64,000 nucleotides of DNA from Clostridia bacterium (GTDB taxonomy: Bacteria > Bacillota > Clostridia > TANB77 > CAG-465): contig JAZRUV010000039.1 in assembly GCA_045652705.1 (NCBI GenBank), positions 2,895 to 66,894 of the forward strand. The letters are read 5' to 3'. Position numbers and translations under genes: made by a program. The stretch's first letter is position 1. The number at the start of each line of letters is the position of its first letter. Below the pieces are notes generated by a model that saw only the letters and a list, made by a program, of their open reading frames with translations, ran no database searches and was not told the DNA's origin. Below, piece after piece: positions 54,619 to 64,000 of this stretch.

Positions 54619-56430
54619 ATGAAAAACATAAGAAATGTAGCAATTATAGCTCATGTTGACCACGGTAAAACAACACTTGTAGATAGCTTGCTTAAACAAA
54701 GTGGAATATTTAGAGATAATGAAACTGTATCTGAAAGAGTAATGGACTCTGGTGATATAGAAAAAGAAAGAGGAATAACAATACTTTCTAAAAACACATC
54801 AGTTATGTTTGAAGATACAAAAATAAACATAGTAGATACTCCAGGACATGCGGATTTTGGTGGGGAAGTTGAACGTGTTTTAAAAATGGTAGATGGTGTC
54901 TTACTTATTGTTGATGCGTTTGAAGGTGCAATGCCTCAAACAAGATTTGTTTTGTCTAAAGCATTAGCATTAGATTTAGTACCTATAGTTGTAGTAAATA
55001 AAATAGACAGACCAGGCGCAAGACCATCAGAAGTATTAGATGAAGTATTAGAACTATTTATGGACCTTAATGCAAGTGATGAACAATTAGACTTCCCAGT
55101 TGTATATGCTTCAGGTAAAGGTGGATTTGCAAAATATAACGTAGAAGATGAATCGAACAATATGAAACCAATATTTGAGACAATTATTAAATATGTGCCG
55201 GAACCAAAAGGAAGTAAGGATGAACCATTACAGCTTTTAGTTTCTAATATAGATTATGATGAATATACGGGAAGAATTGGTGTAGGTAGAATAGAAAATG
55301 GTGTAATACACGCTGGTTCGCAAGTAGCTCTTTGCAAAAAAGATGGCACAGTACAAAATATGAAAATTGGTAAAGTATATACTTACGTTGGACTAAAAAG
55401 AACTGAAGTAGAAAGTGCAGAATGTGGCGAAATAGTTTCTGTAACAGGTGTTGAGGGAATAAACATTGGTGAAACTATAGCAGATATAAATAATCCGGTT
55501 GCGGTACCATTCGTAGACATAGATGAACCAACAGTTTGTATGACATTTAGTGTAAATAATGGACCTTTTGCGGGTAAAGAGGGCAAATTTATAACATCTC
55601 GTCATTTAAGAGATAGATTATTTAAAGAAGTTGAAACAAACGTATCTTTAAGAGTTGAAGAAACAGAAACTCCAGATGCATTTAAAGTATATGGACGTGG
55701 AGAACTACATCTTTCTATACTTATTGAAAATATGAGAAGAGAAGGATTTGAACTTTTAGTTTCTAAACCAACAGCTATAAGTAAAATTATAGATGGAGTA
55801 AAATGTGAACCTATGGAACTTGCAACAATAGATGTTCCAGAGGAATATGTTGGAGTTGTAATGGAAAAAATGGGTAACAGAAAAGGTGAAATGACAAATA
55901 TGTGCCCATCTATAGCACAAGCGGGATACACAAGACTTGAGTTCAAAATCCCATCAAGAGGACTTATTGGATATAGAAGTGAGATACTTACAGATACTAA
56001 AGGTACAGGGGTACTTAATAGTATATTCGTAGGATTTGAGCCAGACAGAGGAGAAGTTGTAACAAGAACTCACGGAACAATAATTGCTTATGAGCAAGGA
56101 AAATCTACAACTTATGGTCTATATAACGCTCAAGAAAGAGCAACACTATTTATTGGTGCAGGAACTGAAGTATACATTGGTATGATAGTTGGTGAAAACT
56201 CAAGAAGCGAAGACATGATAGTTAATGTATGTAAAGAAAAACACTTAACTAACACAAGAGCAAGTGGAAGTGATGACGCATTGAAATTAACACCACATAA
56301 AGTATTATCTTTAGAACAATCATTAGAATTTATAGCAGATGATGAACTTGTAGAAATAACACCTCTAAACATCAGACTTAGAAAGAAAATATTAGACCCA
56401 ACAAAGAGATTAAGAGGAATTACAACCTAG
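54619..56430 (+). CDS. typA: Translational GTPase TypA/BipA
   Basis: 'NVAIIAHVDHGKTTLVD' and 'DTPGHADFGGEVER' are present, with full-length TypA similarity. Confidence 0.95.
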   Translation: MKNIRNVAIIAHVDHGKTTLVDSLLKQSGIFRDNETVSERVMDSGDIEKERGITILSKNTSVMFEDTKINIVDTPGHADFGGEVERVLKMVDGVLLIVDAFEGAMPQTRFVLSKALALDLVPIVVVNKIDRPGARPSEVLDEVLELFMDLNASDEQLDFPVVYASGKGGFAKYNVEDESNNMKPIFETIIKYVPEPKGSKDEPLQLLVSNIDYDEYTGRIGVGRIENGVIHAGSQVALCKKDGTVQNMKIGKVYTYVGLKRTEVESAECGEIVSVTGVEGINIGETIADINNPVAVPFVDIDEPTVCMTFSVNNGPFAGKEGKFITSRHLRDRLFKEVETNVSLRVEETETPDAFKVYGRGELHLSILIENMRREGFELLVSKPTAISKIIDGVKCEPMELATIDVPEEYVGVVMEKMGNRKGEMTNMCPSIAQAGYTRLEFKIPSRGLIGYRSEILTDTKGTGVLNSIFVGFEPDRGEVVTRTHGTIIAYEQGKSTTYGLYNAQERATLFIGAGTEVYIGMIVGENSRSEDMIVNVCKEKHLTNTRASGSDDALKLTPHKVLSLEQSLEFIADDELVEITPLNIRLRKKILDPTKRLRGITT

Positions 56431-56461
56431 TAATAAACAATTAGTAATAAATAAAAAAGGA

Positions 56462-56489
56462 AACACCGTGCAAAATGCTGCACGGTGTT
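56462..56489. terminator. Bidirectional hairpin between convergent genes
   Basis: AACACCGTGCA...TGCACGGTGTT. Confidence 0.65.
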
Positions 56490-56498
56490 CTTTGAAAT

Positions 56499-57110
56499 TT
56501 AAGTAAGATATTTATCTTGTAATTCTTTTTGCTTTTCAAGGATTTCGTTTATAGCGGTTTCTCCCACGCCTTTAAGGCTTTGTAAGGTTTGTATAGTTAA
56601 CTTTGTAAACTGCCGTAAAGTAAATATGTTAGCGTTACATAAGGCGTTATATGTTTTGGTTGACAAATTAAGGGTACAAATATGGGTGTTGGCAAGAACA
56701 GCAGAAGGAGTATTCATGTGACGCTTTCTTGCAGCTAAGCTGTATTGCTTGGCTAAAGTGTCATTTTTGAGTTTGCCTATTGCGCTGGAGCATAGATGAG
56801 ACACGCTGCTAGGAGTCATATATAATATGTTCCCAATCTCATCAAAAGTTAAGGGATCTTTGCCCGTTAAACCATATTTAGCAATTAATGCGAATTGTGA
56901 ATTGTCTTTGAATTTTTTACATACTGCCATCAACTCGTGAAGCACAATGTCACAAACAGCATTTTGCATTTCATTGACAAAAATATCCTTTACAAGCCGA
57001 CAATATCCTATAAGAATAGCGGGTTCATAGTTATGAGCGTCAAAAAATATCCTATAGGCATCAACCAACAGAATACTATTTTGTTGACGCAACTTTTGTT
57101 CGTTTGTCAT
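56499..57110 (-). CDS. Protein combining a sigma-70 region-4-like HTH with one RNAP alpha-CTD-like helix-hairpin-helix domain
   Basis: The ATG at 57110 lies 5 nt after GGAGG. The sigma r4-like stretch is 'LTFDEIGNILYMTPSSVSHLCSSAIGKLK', and the alpha-CTD-like stretch is 'LNLSTKTYNALCNANIFTLRQFTKLTIQTLQSLKGVGETAINEI'. Confidence 0.6.
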   Translation of the reverse strand: MTNEQKLRQQNSILLVDAYRIFFDAHNYEPAILIGYCRLVKDIFVNEMQNAVCDIVLHELMAVCKKFKDNSQFALIAKYGLTGKDPLTFDEIGNILYMTPSSVSHLCSSAIGKLKNDTLAKQYSLAARKRHMNTPSAVLANTHICTLNLSTKTYNALCNANIFTLRQFTKLTIQTLQSLKGVGETAINEILEKQKELQDKYLT

Positions 57111-57344
57111 AATAACCTCCAAAATTTTAAAGAGTAATATGTAAATATAGTGGAATTTACTAAAATATAACTAACAAAAACATTATATCACATTATGTAA
57201 ACAAAGTCAAAAAAGGACAGATTTTAAAAATATAATTGCATTTACTGTCATATCTTGCAATAATGTTTTGTTCATGATACTATGTAAGTATAAATTTTAA
57301 GAAACGGAAATAGTATTAAACATAAGATAATTTTGGAGGAACAG

Positions 57345-59954
57345 ATGACGGTAAAATATGAATGTGTTAGAAATATAGAAACACTAGAAAAAATGCTGGA
57401 TAAAACAAAAAAAGCACAGCTAGAGTATGCTAAATATACACAAGAAAAAGTAGACGAAATATTTAAAGCAGCGGCACTTGCAGCAAATAATGCAAGAATT
57501 CCTTTGGCAAAAATGGCGGTAAGTGAAACGGGTATGGGAATAGTAGAGGATAAGGTCATTAAAAACCATTATGCTGCAGAATACATATATAACAAATATA
57601 AAGATGAGAAAACTTGTGGAATACTTGAAGAGGATGAGAAATTTGGTATAAAGAAAATAGCTGAGCCAATAGGAATTATAGGTGCAGTTATACCTACTAC
57701 AAATCCCACATCTACGGCTATATTTAAAACATTGCTTGCTCTTAAAACTCGTAACGGTATTGTAATAAGTCCACATCCAAGGGCAAAAGAGGCCACTATA
57801 GCTGCTGCAAAGATAGTACTAGAGGCAGCTGTAAAAGCGGGCGCTCCTAAAAACATTATCTCTTGGATAGATGTGCCATCATTAGAGCTTACTAATGCTC
57901 TTATGCATTCGGTGGATTTAATACTAGCTACCGGTGGACCGGGTATGGTTAAGGCTGCTTATTCTAGTGGTAGGCCGGCTTTGGGGGTTGGCGCGGGAAA
58001 TACACCAGCAGTTATAGATAAGAGTGCAGATGTAATTTTAGCAGTAAATTCTATCATTCATTCTAAAACTTTTGATAATGGTATGATATGCGCATCAGAA
58101 CAATCTGTGATTGTGCATAAAGATATATATGAAAAAGCAAAAGATGAATTTGTAAAACGAGGCTGTTATGTTTTAAATAATGAAGAAATAGAAAAGGTCA
58201 GAAAAACAATTATAATTAATGGAGCACTAAATGCAAAAATTGTAGGACAGTCTGCATATACAATAGCAAATCTTGCAGGAGTACAAGTTCCGGAAAATAC
58301 AAAGATATTAATTGGCGAAGTGGATAGCGTGGATTGTCACGAAGAATTTACACACGAAAAGTTATCTCCCGTACTTGCGATGTATAAAGCAAAAGACTTT
58401 AAACAAGCTGTAGCTATTGCATACCAGCTTATAGAAGATGGAGGACTTGGACATACATCTTCGTTATATATAAATACAGTTACAGAAAAAGAAAAAATAG
58501 AGAATTTCTATAATACAATGAAAACGTGTAGAGTTTTAATAAATACACCAGCCTCGCATGGAGGAATAGGCGATTTATATAACTTTAAACTTACACCATC
58601 ACTAACACTTGGTTGTGGTTCGTGGGGTGGCAACTCAGTTTCAGAGAATGTTGGAATAAAACATTTATTAAACATTAAAACTGTAGCAGAGAGGAGAGAA
58701 AATATGCTTTGGTTTAGAGCTCCGGAAAAAGTATATATTAAAAGAGGATGTCTTCCAGTAGCACTTGATGAACTAAAGACAGTGCTTAATAAAAAGAGAG
58801 TATTTATAGTCACAGATACATTCCTTTATGAAAATGGTTATACAAAATGTATAACAGATAAATTAGATGAAATGAAAATAGAACATTCTACATTCTTTAA
58901 TGTGGCCCCAGACCCAACTATAGCTTGTGCTAAAGAGGGGACAAAACTTATAGAAGCATTTAAGCCTGATTGTATAATTGCAGTGGGTGGTGGTTCAGCT
59001 ATGGATGCTGCAAAGATTATGTGGGTTATGTATGAACATCCAGAACTAGATTTTATGGATATGGCAATGAGATTTATGGATATACGTAAACGTGTATATA
59101 CTTTCCCTAAGATGGGAGAAAAAGCATATTTTATAGCTGTCCCTACTTCTGCGGGAACTGGTTCTGAAGTTACGCCTTTTGCGGTTATAACAGACGAAAC
59201 AACGGGGGTTAAATATCCACTAGCGGATTATGAGCTTATGCCTAAAATGGCCATTGTAGATAGTAACATGATGATGAATGCACCAAAAGGACTTACATCA
59301 GCTTCGGGAATAGATGCACTAACTCACGCACTTGAAGCATATGCATCTATGATGGCTACTGAATATACAGATGGCCTTGCTAAAGAGGCGATAAAAATTA
59401 TATTTGAGTATTTACCGGAGGCTTATGACAAAGGAGCCAAGTCGCCGGTGGCACGTGAAAAGATGGCTAATGCTGCAACGATAGCAGGTATGGCTTTTGC
59501 CAATGCCTTTCTTGGTGTGTGTCACTCTATGGCACATAAACTTGGAGCATTCTACCACTTGCCTCACGGAATTGCAAATGCCCTTATGATAAATGAGGTA
59601 TTAAGATTTAATAGCTGTGAACAACCTACTAAAATGGGAACGTTCCCTCAATACGACCATCCACACACATTGAGTAGATATGCTGAAATAGCAGAAAGCT
59701 TAAATCTTAGTGGAAAAACTGACGAAGAAAAACTAGAAAAATTAATAGGAAGAATAGAAGAGCTTAAAGAAAAAATAGGCATTAAGAAAAGTATAAAAGA
59801 ATACGGAATAGATGAAAAAGAATTCTTGGCTAGGCTTGATGAAATGACAGAGCAAGCTTTTGATGACCAATGTACAGGAGCAAATCCTAGATACCCACTA
59901 ATGAGCGAGATAAAACAAATGTATCTAAATGCATATTATGGAGGTAACAAATAA
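57345..59954 (+). CDS. adhE: Bifunctional acetaldehyde-CoA / alcohol dehydrogenase
   Basis: The ATG at 57345 lies 5 nt after GGAGG. The ALDH half contains 'FDNGMICASEQS', and the Fe-ADH half contains 'GGGSAMDAAK' and 'HSMAHKLG'. Confidence 0.95.
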   Translation: MTVKYECVRNIETLEKMLDKTKKAQLEYAKYTQEKVDEIFKAAALAANNARIPLAKMAVSETGMGIVEDKVIKNHYAAEYIYNKYKDEKTCGILEEDEKFGIKKIAEPIGIIGAVIPTTNPTSTAIFKTLLALKTRNGIVISPHPRAKEATIAAAKIVLEAAVKAGAPKNIISWIDVPSLELTNALMHSVDLILATGGPGMVKAAYSSGRPALGVGAGNTPAVIDKSADVILAVNSIIHSKTFDNGMICASEQSVIVHKDIYEKAKDEFVKRGCYVLNNEEIEKVRKTIIINGALNAKIVGQSAYTIANLAGVQVPENTKILIGEVDSVDCHEEFTHEKLSPVLAMYKAKDFKQAVAIAYQLIEDGGLGHTSSLYINTVTEKEKIENFYNTMKTCRVLINTPASHGGIGDLYNFKLTPSLTLGCGSWGGNSVSENVGIKHLLNIKTVAERRENMLWFRAPEKVYIKRGCLPVALDELKTVLNKKRVFIVTDTFLYENGYTKCITDKLDEMKIEHSTFFNVAPDPTIACAKEGTKLIEAFKPDCIIAVGGGSAMDAAKIMWVMYEHPELDFMDMAMRFMDIRKRVYTFPKMGEKAYFIAVPTSAGTGSEVTPFAVITDETTGVKYPLADYELMPKMAIVDSNMMMNAPKGLTSASGIDALTHALEAYASMMATEYTDGLAKEAIKIIFEYLPEAYDKGAKSPVAREKMANAATIAGMAFANAFLGVCHSMAHKLGAFYHLPHGIANALMINEVLRFNSCEQPTKMGTFPQYDHPHTLSRYAEIAESLNLSGKTDEEKLEKLIGRIEELKEKIGIKKSIKEYGIDEKEFLARLDEMTEQAFDDQCTGANPRYPLMSEIKQMYLNAYYGGNK

Positions 59955-60700
59955 TGGATATAATTGCCGAAAGAAAAACAAAAACAGTATACAAAGATAA
60001 TGATACTGTTGTAAAACTTTTTATAAAAGACTATTCAAAAGCAGATATTTTAAATGAAGCTTTGATACATTCAAGGGTAGAGGAAAATACTAAACTAAAC
60101 ATACCAAAACTATTAGAAGTAAAAAAGTATGGTTCCCGTTGGGCTCTAACTACAGAGTATGTTGAAGGAAAAACTTTAACAGCTCTTATGACAGAGCATC
60201 CTGAAAAACAAGACGAATATTTAGAATTATTTGTTAAGTTGCAGTTAGAAGTGTTGGGCAATACAGTCCCACTTTTAAACCGTGTAAAGGACAAGTTTAG
60301 AAGAAAGTTAACAGAGACAAACCTAATAGATGAAAATACAAAATATGAGTTGCTTCAAAGGTTAGAAGGAATGAAAAATCATACAAAACTTTGTCACGGG
60401 GATTTTAATCCAAGTAATATTATAGTAAAGCCAAATGGGGAATGCTACATATTGGATTGGTCGCACGCAACTGTTGGCAATGCATCAGCAGATGCTGCAA
60501 GAACATTTTTAATATTTTCTATGCATGCAAATGAACAGTTGGCTAGTAAATATTTAGATTTGTTCTATAAATTGAGTGAAATAGAAAAAAGCCACATTCA
60601 AAGATGGATACCAATTGTTGCGGCTACTCAACTTACAAAAGGTATTGAAGCAGAGCAAGAATTTTTAAGGAATTGGATAGATATTGTAGATTTTGAATAA
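59954..60700 (+). CDS. Aminoglycoside-phosphotransferase / choline-kinase-fold small-molecule kinase
   Basis: The Brenner motif 'LCHGDFNPSNIIV' and 'ILDWSHATVGNASADAA' are present. The ATG overlaps the adhE stop (TAATG). Confidence 0.7.
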   Translation: MDIIAERKTKTVYKDNDTVVKLFIKDYSKADILNEALIHSRVEENTKLNIPKLLEVKKYGSRWALTTEYVEGKTLTALMTEHPEKQDEYLELFVKLQLEVLGNTVPLLNRVKDKFRRKLTETNLIDENTKYELLQRLEGMKNHTKLCHGDFNPSNIIVKPNGECYILDWSHATVGNASADAARTFLIFSMHANEQLASKYLDLFYKLSEIEKSHIQRWIPIVAATQLTKGIEAEQEFLRNWIDIVDFE

Positions 60701-60705
60701 CTATT

Positions 60706-60729
60706 AAGCACATACAGTTGTATGTGCTT
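60706..60729 (+). terminator. Rho-independent terminator
   Basis: AAGCACATAC-AGTT-GTATGTGCTT followed by TTG. Confidence 0.65.
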
Positions 60730-60806
60730 TTGACATGTTGGTATAAGTATGGTATAATGTTACCGTGTGTGTAATGAGTACTCTGCTAAAAATTTAGGAG
60801 TAAAAA

Positions 60807-61610
60807 ATGGAGGACAAGATGATGGAACAACAAAAAAACGAAGCAAAAAGGCAAGAACTTTTGAAAGAAACTAATAGAATCTTTGCAGACTCTATTATGT
60901 ATGAAGAGTTTGAGCGGTTAGGGTATTGCAGGCTAATTAAGGCGGCTTTTGAAAATCGTGAATTCGATAACAATTCGCTCTTAATAAGCGGTCTCAAAAT
61001 GGTGTTGTCTGGTTTGGGGAAAGAAAAAGCTGAAGTTATTCGTATGCGTTACTGGGAGACACATACTGTTAGAGAAGTTGGAAATAGATTTGGAGTTAGT
61101 GACAGTTCGGTTTGTATAATGTGCAGAAGAGTGTTAGAAAAATTGAGAACAAGCAGAGAAGTTTTTGAAATTGATTTGCAAATTCAAAGCCACGAAATGG
61201 CCATAATTTATCTTAAGAAGCTTAAATCCGGAGAACGCTTTACAGAAGATGCGCCTATTGAAAAGTTAAATATTTCTGCCAGAGCATATAATTGTTTGAA
61301 ACGTAATGGTATTAATACAGTAGAACAAGTTGCATCATTATCTGAAACTGAATTAATGCAAATCAGGACTGTTGGTCGAACAACCGCTTTAGAGATAATA
61401 AGGGCAGTTCGCCAAATAGAGCATGGCTGGGGAGTTCCATTAAAACCGATTGAAATGTTAGGGCTTTCTGAACGAACAATGATGGCACTCAAGAATCATG
61501 GTGTAACAACTATTGAACAACTTTTTGCTTTGCAAAAGGAAGAGCTAATTAAAATTAAAAATATTGGCGAGCAAGGTTTGCTTGAAATTTTAGACAAATA
61601 TAATGCGTGA
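60807..61610 (+). CDS. Protein combining a sigma-70 region-4-like HTH with two RNAP alpha-CTD-like domains (paralog of 56499-57110)
   Basis: The r4-like stretch is 'KAEVIRMRYWETHTVREVGNRFGVSDSSVCIMCRRVLEKLR'. The alpha-CTD-like stretches are 'LNISARAYNCLKRNGINTVEQVASLSETELMQIRTVGRTTALEI' and 'LGLSERTMMALKNHGVTTIEQLFALQKEELIKIKNIGEQGLLEI'. Confidence 0.6.
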   Translation: MEDKMMEQQKNEAKRQELLKETNRIFADSIMYEEFERLGYCRLIKAAFENREFDNNSLLISGLKMVLSGLGKEKAEVIRMRYWETHTVREVGNRFGVSDSSVCIMCRRVLEKLRTSREVFEIDLQIQSHEMAIIYLKKLKSGERFTEDAPIEKLNISARAYNCLKRNGINTVEQVASLSETELMQIRTVGRTTALEIIRAVRQIEHGWGVPLKPIEMLGLSERTMMALKNHGVTTIEQLFALQKEELIKIKNIGEQGLLEILDKYNA

Positions 61611-61630
61611 CTAAACAATTGTTAATTAAT

Positions 61631-61664
61631 AAAGATATCGTACGATTTTTCGTGCGATATCTTT
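61631..61664 (+). terminator. Rho-independent terminator
   Basis: AAAGATATCGTACG / CGTGCGATATCTTT. Confidence 0.6.
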
Positions 61665-61790
61665 GCTTTATGGGATAATATGTAAACCCTAAAAATGGTT
61701 GCATTTTTTTAGATTTAGTTGTAAAATATACTGAATAAAATATAGGGGAAAGTTTTTGCTTTCCTCGTTTGACTGTGAGAAAGGAGCAAT

Positions 61791-63530
61791 ATGAAAAGAT
61801 ATTTAAAATATTTAAAAGGGGTTAAGAAATATGCTATTCTAGCACCAATATTTATGATGGTTGATGCTATGTGTAGTGTAATATCTCCATATATAATTTC
61901 AAAGATTATAGACGTTGGAATTGCAAATGGAGACACGGGATACATTATTAAAATGGGTGGAATAATGTTTGCTTTAGCTCTTGGTGTTCTTGGCGGTGGA
62001 TTCGGTTGTATGTATTTTTCTGCTAAAGCATCATATGGATTTGGAGCAAATTTAAGGAAAGATATTATTAGAAGAATACAATCATTCTCGTTTGCCAATA
62101 TTAACAAGTTTACTACTGCATCAATAATTACAAGGGCGACAAATGATGTGGAAGTGTTAGTGCAACTTGTTCAAATGTGTTTAAGAATGCTAATACGTTC
62201 CCCATTTATGTTTGTTGGTGGAATTGTTATGGCAATTAGCTTAAACAAAGGCATGTCACTAATCCTTGTAGCACTAATACCATTGCTTGCGGTTTTAATT
62301 GCATTTGCAATTTTAAAAGCATTCCCGTTATTTACAAAAGTACAAGAAAAGATAGATAGAGTAAACAGCATACTTCGTGAAAATTTGGTTGGTTCTAGAG
62401 TTATAAAAGCATTTGTAAGAGAAAGACATGAAGAGCAAAGATTCAAAAATGCCAACCAAGAGCTAAGAGACTTGTCTGTTAAAAGTTTTGGTATTATGGT
62501 ACTTTTAATGCCAGGTGTGACATTAATAATGAACCTAGGAATTGCAGCAGTATTATGGTTTGGAGGAAAACTAGCTTTAACTGGATCGATACAAGTTGGT
62601 CAAATAAGCTCATATGTTACATATATAACTATGGTGCTTTCTGCGTTAATTATGCTCATGATGATGTTTATGAATCTTTCTCGTTCAAAAGCGTCGGCTA
62701 AAAGAATATCAGAAATACTTACTGAACAACCGGACATTGCAAACAATGTGGATGGTATGGAAAAAGAACATAAGATTACAAAAGGAAAGGTAGAATACAA
62801 TGTAGAAAAATTTGCGTTTGCAGATTCTGAAGGTGAAGCTATACTAGAGAATATTAAGTTTAAGGTTGGCCCCGGAGAAATGGTTGCAATAATTGGTTCT
62901 ACTGGCACAGGTAAATCTACAATTGTAAATCTTATGCCTAGATTTTATGATGTAACAGAAGGCTATGTAAAAATAGACGATATTGATGTAAGGGATTATG
63001 ACTTGAAGACTTTAAGAGATGGAATAGGTATGGTTTTACAAGAAAATAGACTGTTTTCTGGAACTGTAAGAAGTAATCTTTTGTGGGGGAAAAATGATGC
63101 TACTGATGAAGAGTTATATGAAGCATTAAGAATTGCTCAAATGGAAGAACATGTTAAGAATATGAAAGATGGCTTGGATTCTAGAGTTGAACAAAGGGGA
63201 ACAAACTTCTCCGGTGGACAAAAGCAAAGATTTGCTATTGCAAGAGCATTAGTAAAACAACCTAAGATACTTATAATGGATGATAGCGTAAGTGCGCTTG
63301 ATTCAACTACTGAAAAGAACTTAAGAGAAGCTTTAAGGCGCGAAATGAAAGATACTACAATATTTGTAATTACTCAAAGAATTAGTAGTTGTAAAGAAGC
63401 AGATAAAATACTTGTTGTTGACGATGGTACAATTGTGGGTCAGGGCACTCATGAGGAGCTTATAGCAAACAACAAAGTATACAAAGAAATTAGTGATTCG
63501 CAAAACCAGGAGGTGAGAGACGATGGCTAA
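61791..63530 (+). CDS. ABC exporter, fused permease/ATPase (MsbA/MdlB-like), first subunit of a heterodimer
   Basis: Six TMs are followed by Walker A 'GSTGTGKST', signature 'FSGGQKQR' and Walker B 'ILIMDD'. Confidence 0.9.
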   Translation: MKRYLKYLKGVKKYAILAPIFMMVDAMCSVISPYIISKIIDVGIANGDTGYIIKMGGIMFALALGVLGGGFGCMYFSAKASYGFGANLRKDIIRRIQSFSFANINKFTTASIITRATNDVEVLVQLVQMCLRMLIRSPFMFVGGIVMAISLNKGMSLILVALIPLLAVLIAFAILKAFPLFTKVQEKIDRVNSILRENLVGSRVIKAFVRERHEEQRFKNANQELRDLSVKSFGIMVLLMPGVTLIMNLGIAAVLWFGGKLALTGSIQVGQISSYVTYITMVLSALIMLMMMFMNLSRSKASAKRISEILTEQPDIANNVDGMEKEHKITKGKVEYNVEKFAFADSEGEAILENIKFKVGPGEMVAIIGSTGTGKSTIVNLMPRFYDVTEGYVKIDDIDVRDYDLKTLRDGIGMVLQENRLFSGTVRSNLLWGKNDATDEELYEALRIAQMEEHVKNMKDGLDSRVEQRGTNFSGGQKQRFAIARALVKQPKILIMDDSVSALDSTTEKNLREALRREMKDTTIFVITQRISSCKEADKILVVDDGTIVGQGTHEELIANNKVYKEISDSQNQEVRDDG

Positions 63531-63999
63531 AATGGGACCTCCTAATGCAAAGAAATTCGAAAAGCCAAAGGATACAAAACAAACAGTAAAAAGATTATGG
63601 GGTTATTTAAAACAAAGTAAATCTTTGCTTATAGCAGTAATAATTTTAGTTATAGCTGCAGCGGTTATAGATATGGCATCGATTTATGTGTTAGCCCCAA
63701 TAATTGATGATTATATTATGCCTATGGTTGAAAACCGAGGCGCAAGTGAATACGTTTCGGGGTTTGCTAAGATGATAGGAATATTTTTAGGACTAGACAT
63801 AGCATATGTAATATGCAATTATATATCTTCTAGGATAATGATAAAAGTTTCTCAAAATACTGTTATGTCAATGAGAAATGAATTAGTAGAAAAGATAGAA
63901 AAACTACCTATAAAGTATTTTGATACTCATCCTCATGGAGAGCTTATGAGCAGGATTACAAATGATATGGATAATTTAAGTAATACATTAAATAGTAGC
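63523..63999 (+). CDS. ABC exporter, fused permease/ATPase, second subunit (N-terminal part; continues beyond the window)
   Basis: The ATG overlaps the stop of the previous gene. The TM domain opens with 'LLIAVIILVIAAAVIDM', and 'HPHGELMSRITND' is typical of the ABC_membrane ICL1. Confidence 0.85.
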   Translation, partial: MAKMGPPNAKKFEKPKDTKQTVKRLWGYLKQSKSLLIAVIILVIAAAVIDMASIYVLAPIIDDYIMPMVENRGASEYVSGFAKMIGIFLGLDIAYVICNYISSRIMIKVSQNTVMSMRNELVEKIEKLPIKYFDTHPHGELMSRITNDMDNLSNTLNSS

Positions 64000-64000
64000 G

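Overview
This is a low-GC (roughly 30%) Firmicutes chromosome segment. It probably comes from an endospore-forming Clostridia-type organism, because cwlD and spmA/spmB are present. Most of the window is core genome:
- tadA
- two tRNA-Arg genes
- spmAB
- rpoB-rpoC
- SRP RNA-dnaX-ybaB-recR
- a PP-loop gene plus a murD-type ligase
- a WalR-like two-component pair and tatD
- gyrA and a J-domain protein
- VanW and transglutaminase-like genes
- murE, typA and adhE
- an ABC exporter pair

The left edge carries a tightly packed operon that mixes a VirB4-type ATPase C-terminus with Tad-type components (CpaE/TadZ-like, CpaF-like, TadB-like).

The clearest accessory feature is a 12.55-kb integrated island at about 8583-21152. 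It has split a host tRNA-Arg(ACG) in the anticodon loop. The 3' half lies at 8545-8591 and the 5' half at 21144-21182, with a 9-bp direct repeat TTCGTAGTC at both junctions. The island carries xis, a frameshifted tyrosine integrase, and its own complete replacement tRNA-Arg(ACG) just downstream of the orphaned host tRNA promoter. It also carries an HTH gene with adjacent iteron-like repeats, a DUF4143-type AAA+ ATPase plus a SWIM zinc-finger protein, and a convergent membrane protein / HExxH protein pair. A set of diverged tandem repeats lies upstream of xis.

The island's six-gene operon (11663-16301) encodes repeat-domain proteins for which I can recognise no enzymatic function. This operon is my best candidate for an undescribed system, but I cannot assign it a function from sequence alone.

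Other points worth a second look:
- a probable MurL/MurD2-type gene pair fused to the recR operon
- two paralogous proteins combining sigma-70 region 4 with RNAP alpha-CTD-like domains, which bracket adhE
- an HD-GYP protein whose receiver domain has Asn at the phospho-acceptor position
- an unusually short SRP RNA for a spore former
- a three-copy domain family next to gyrA
- a decayed gene upstream of murE

No CRISPR array, rRNA or transposase was seen.
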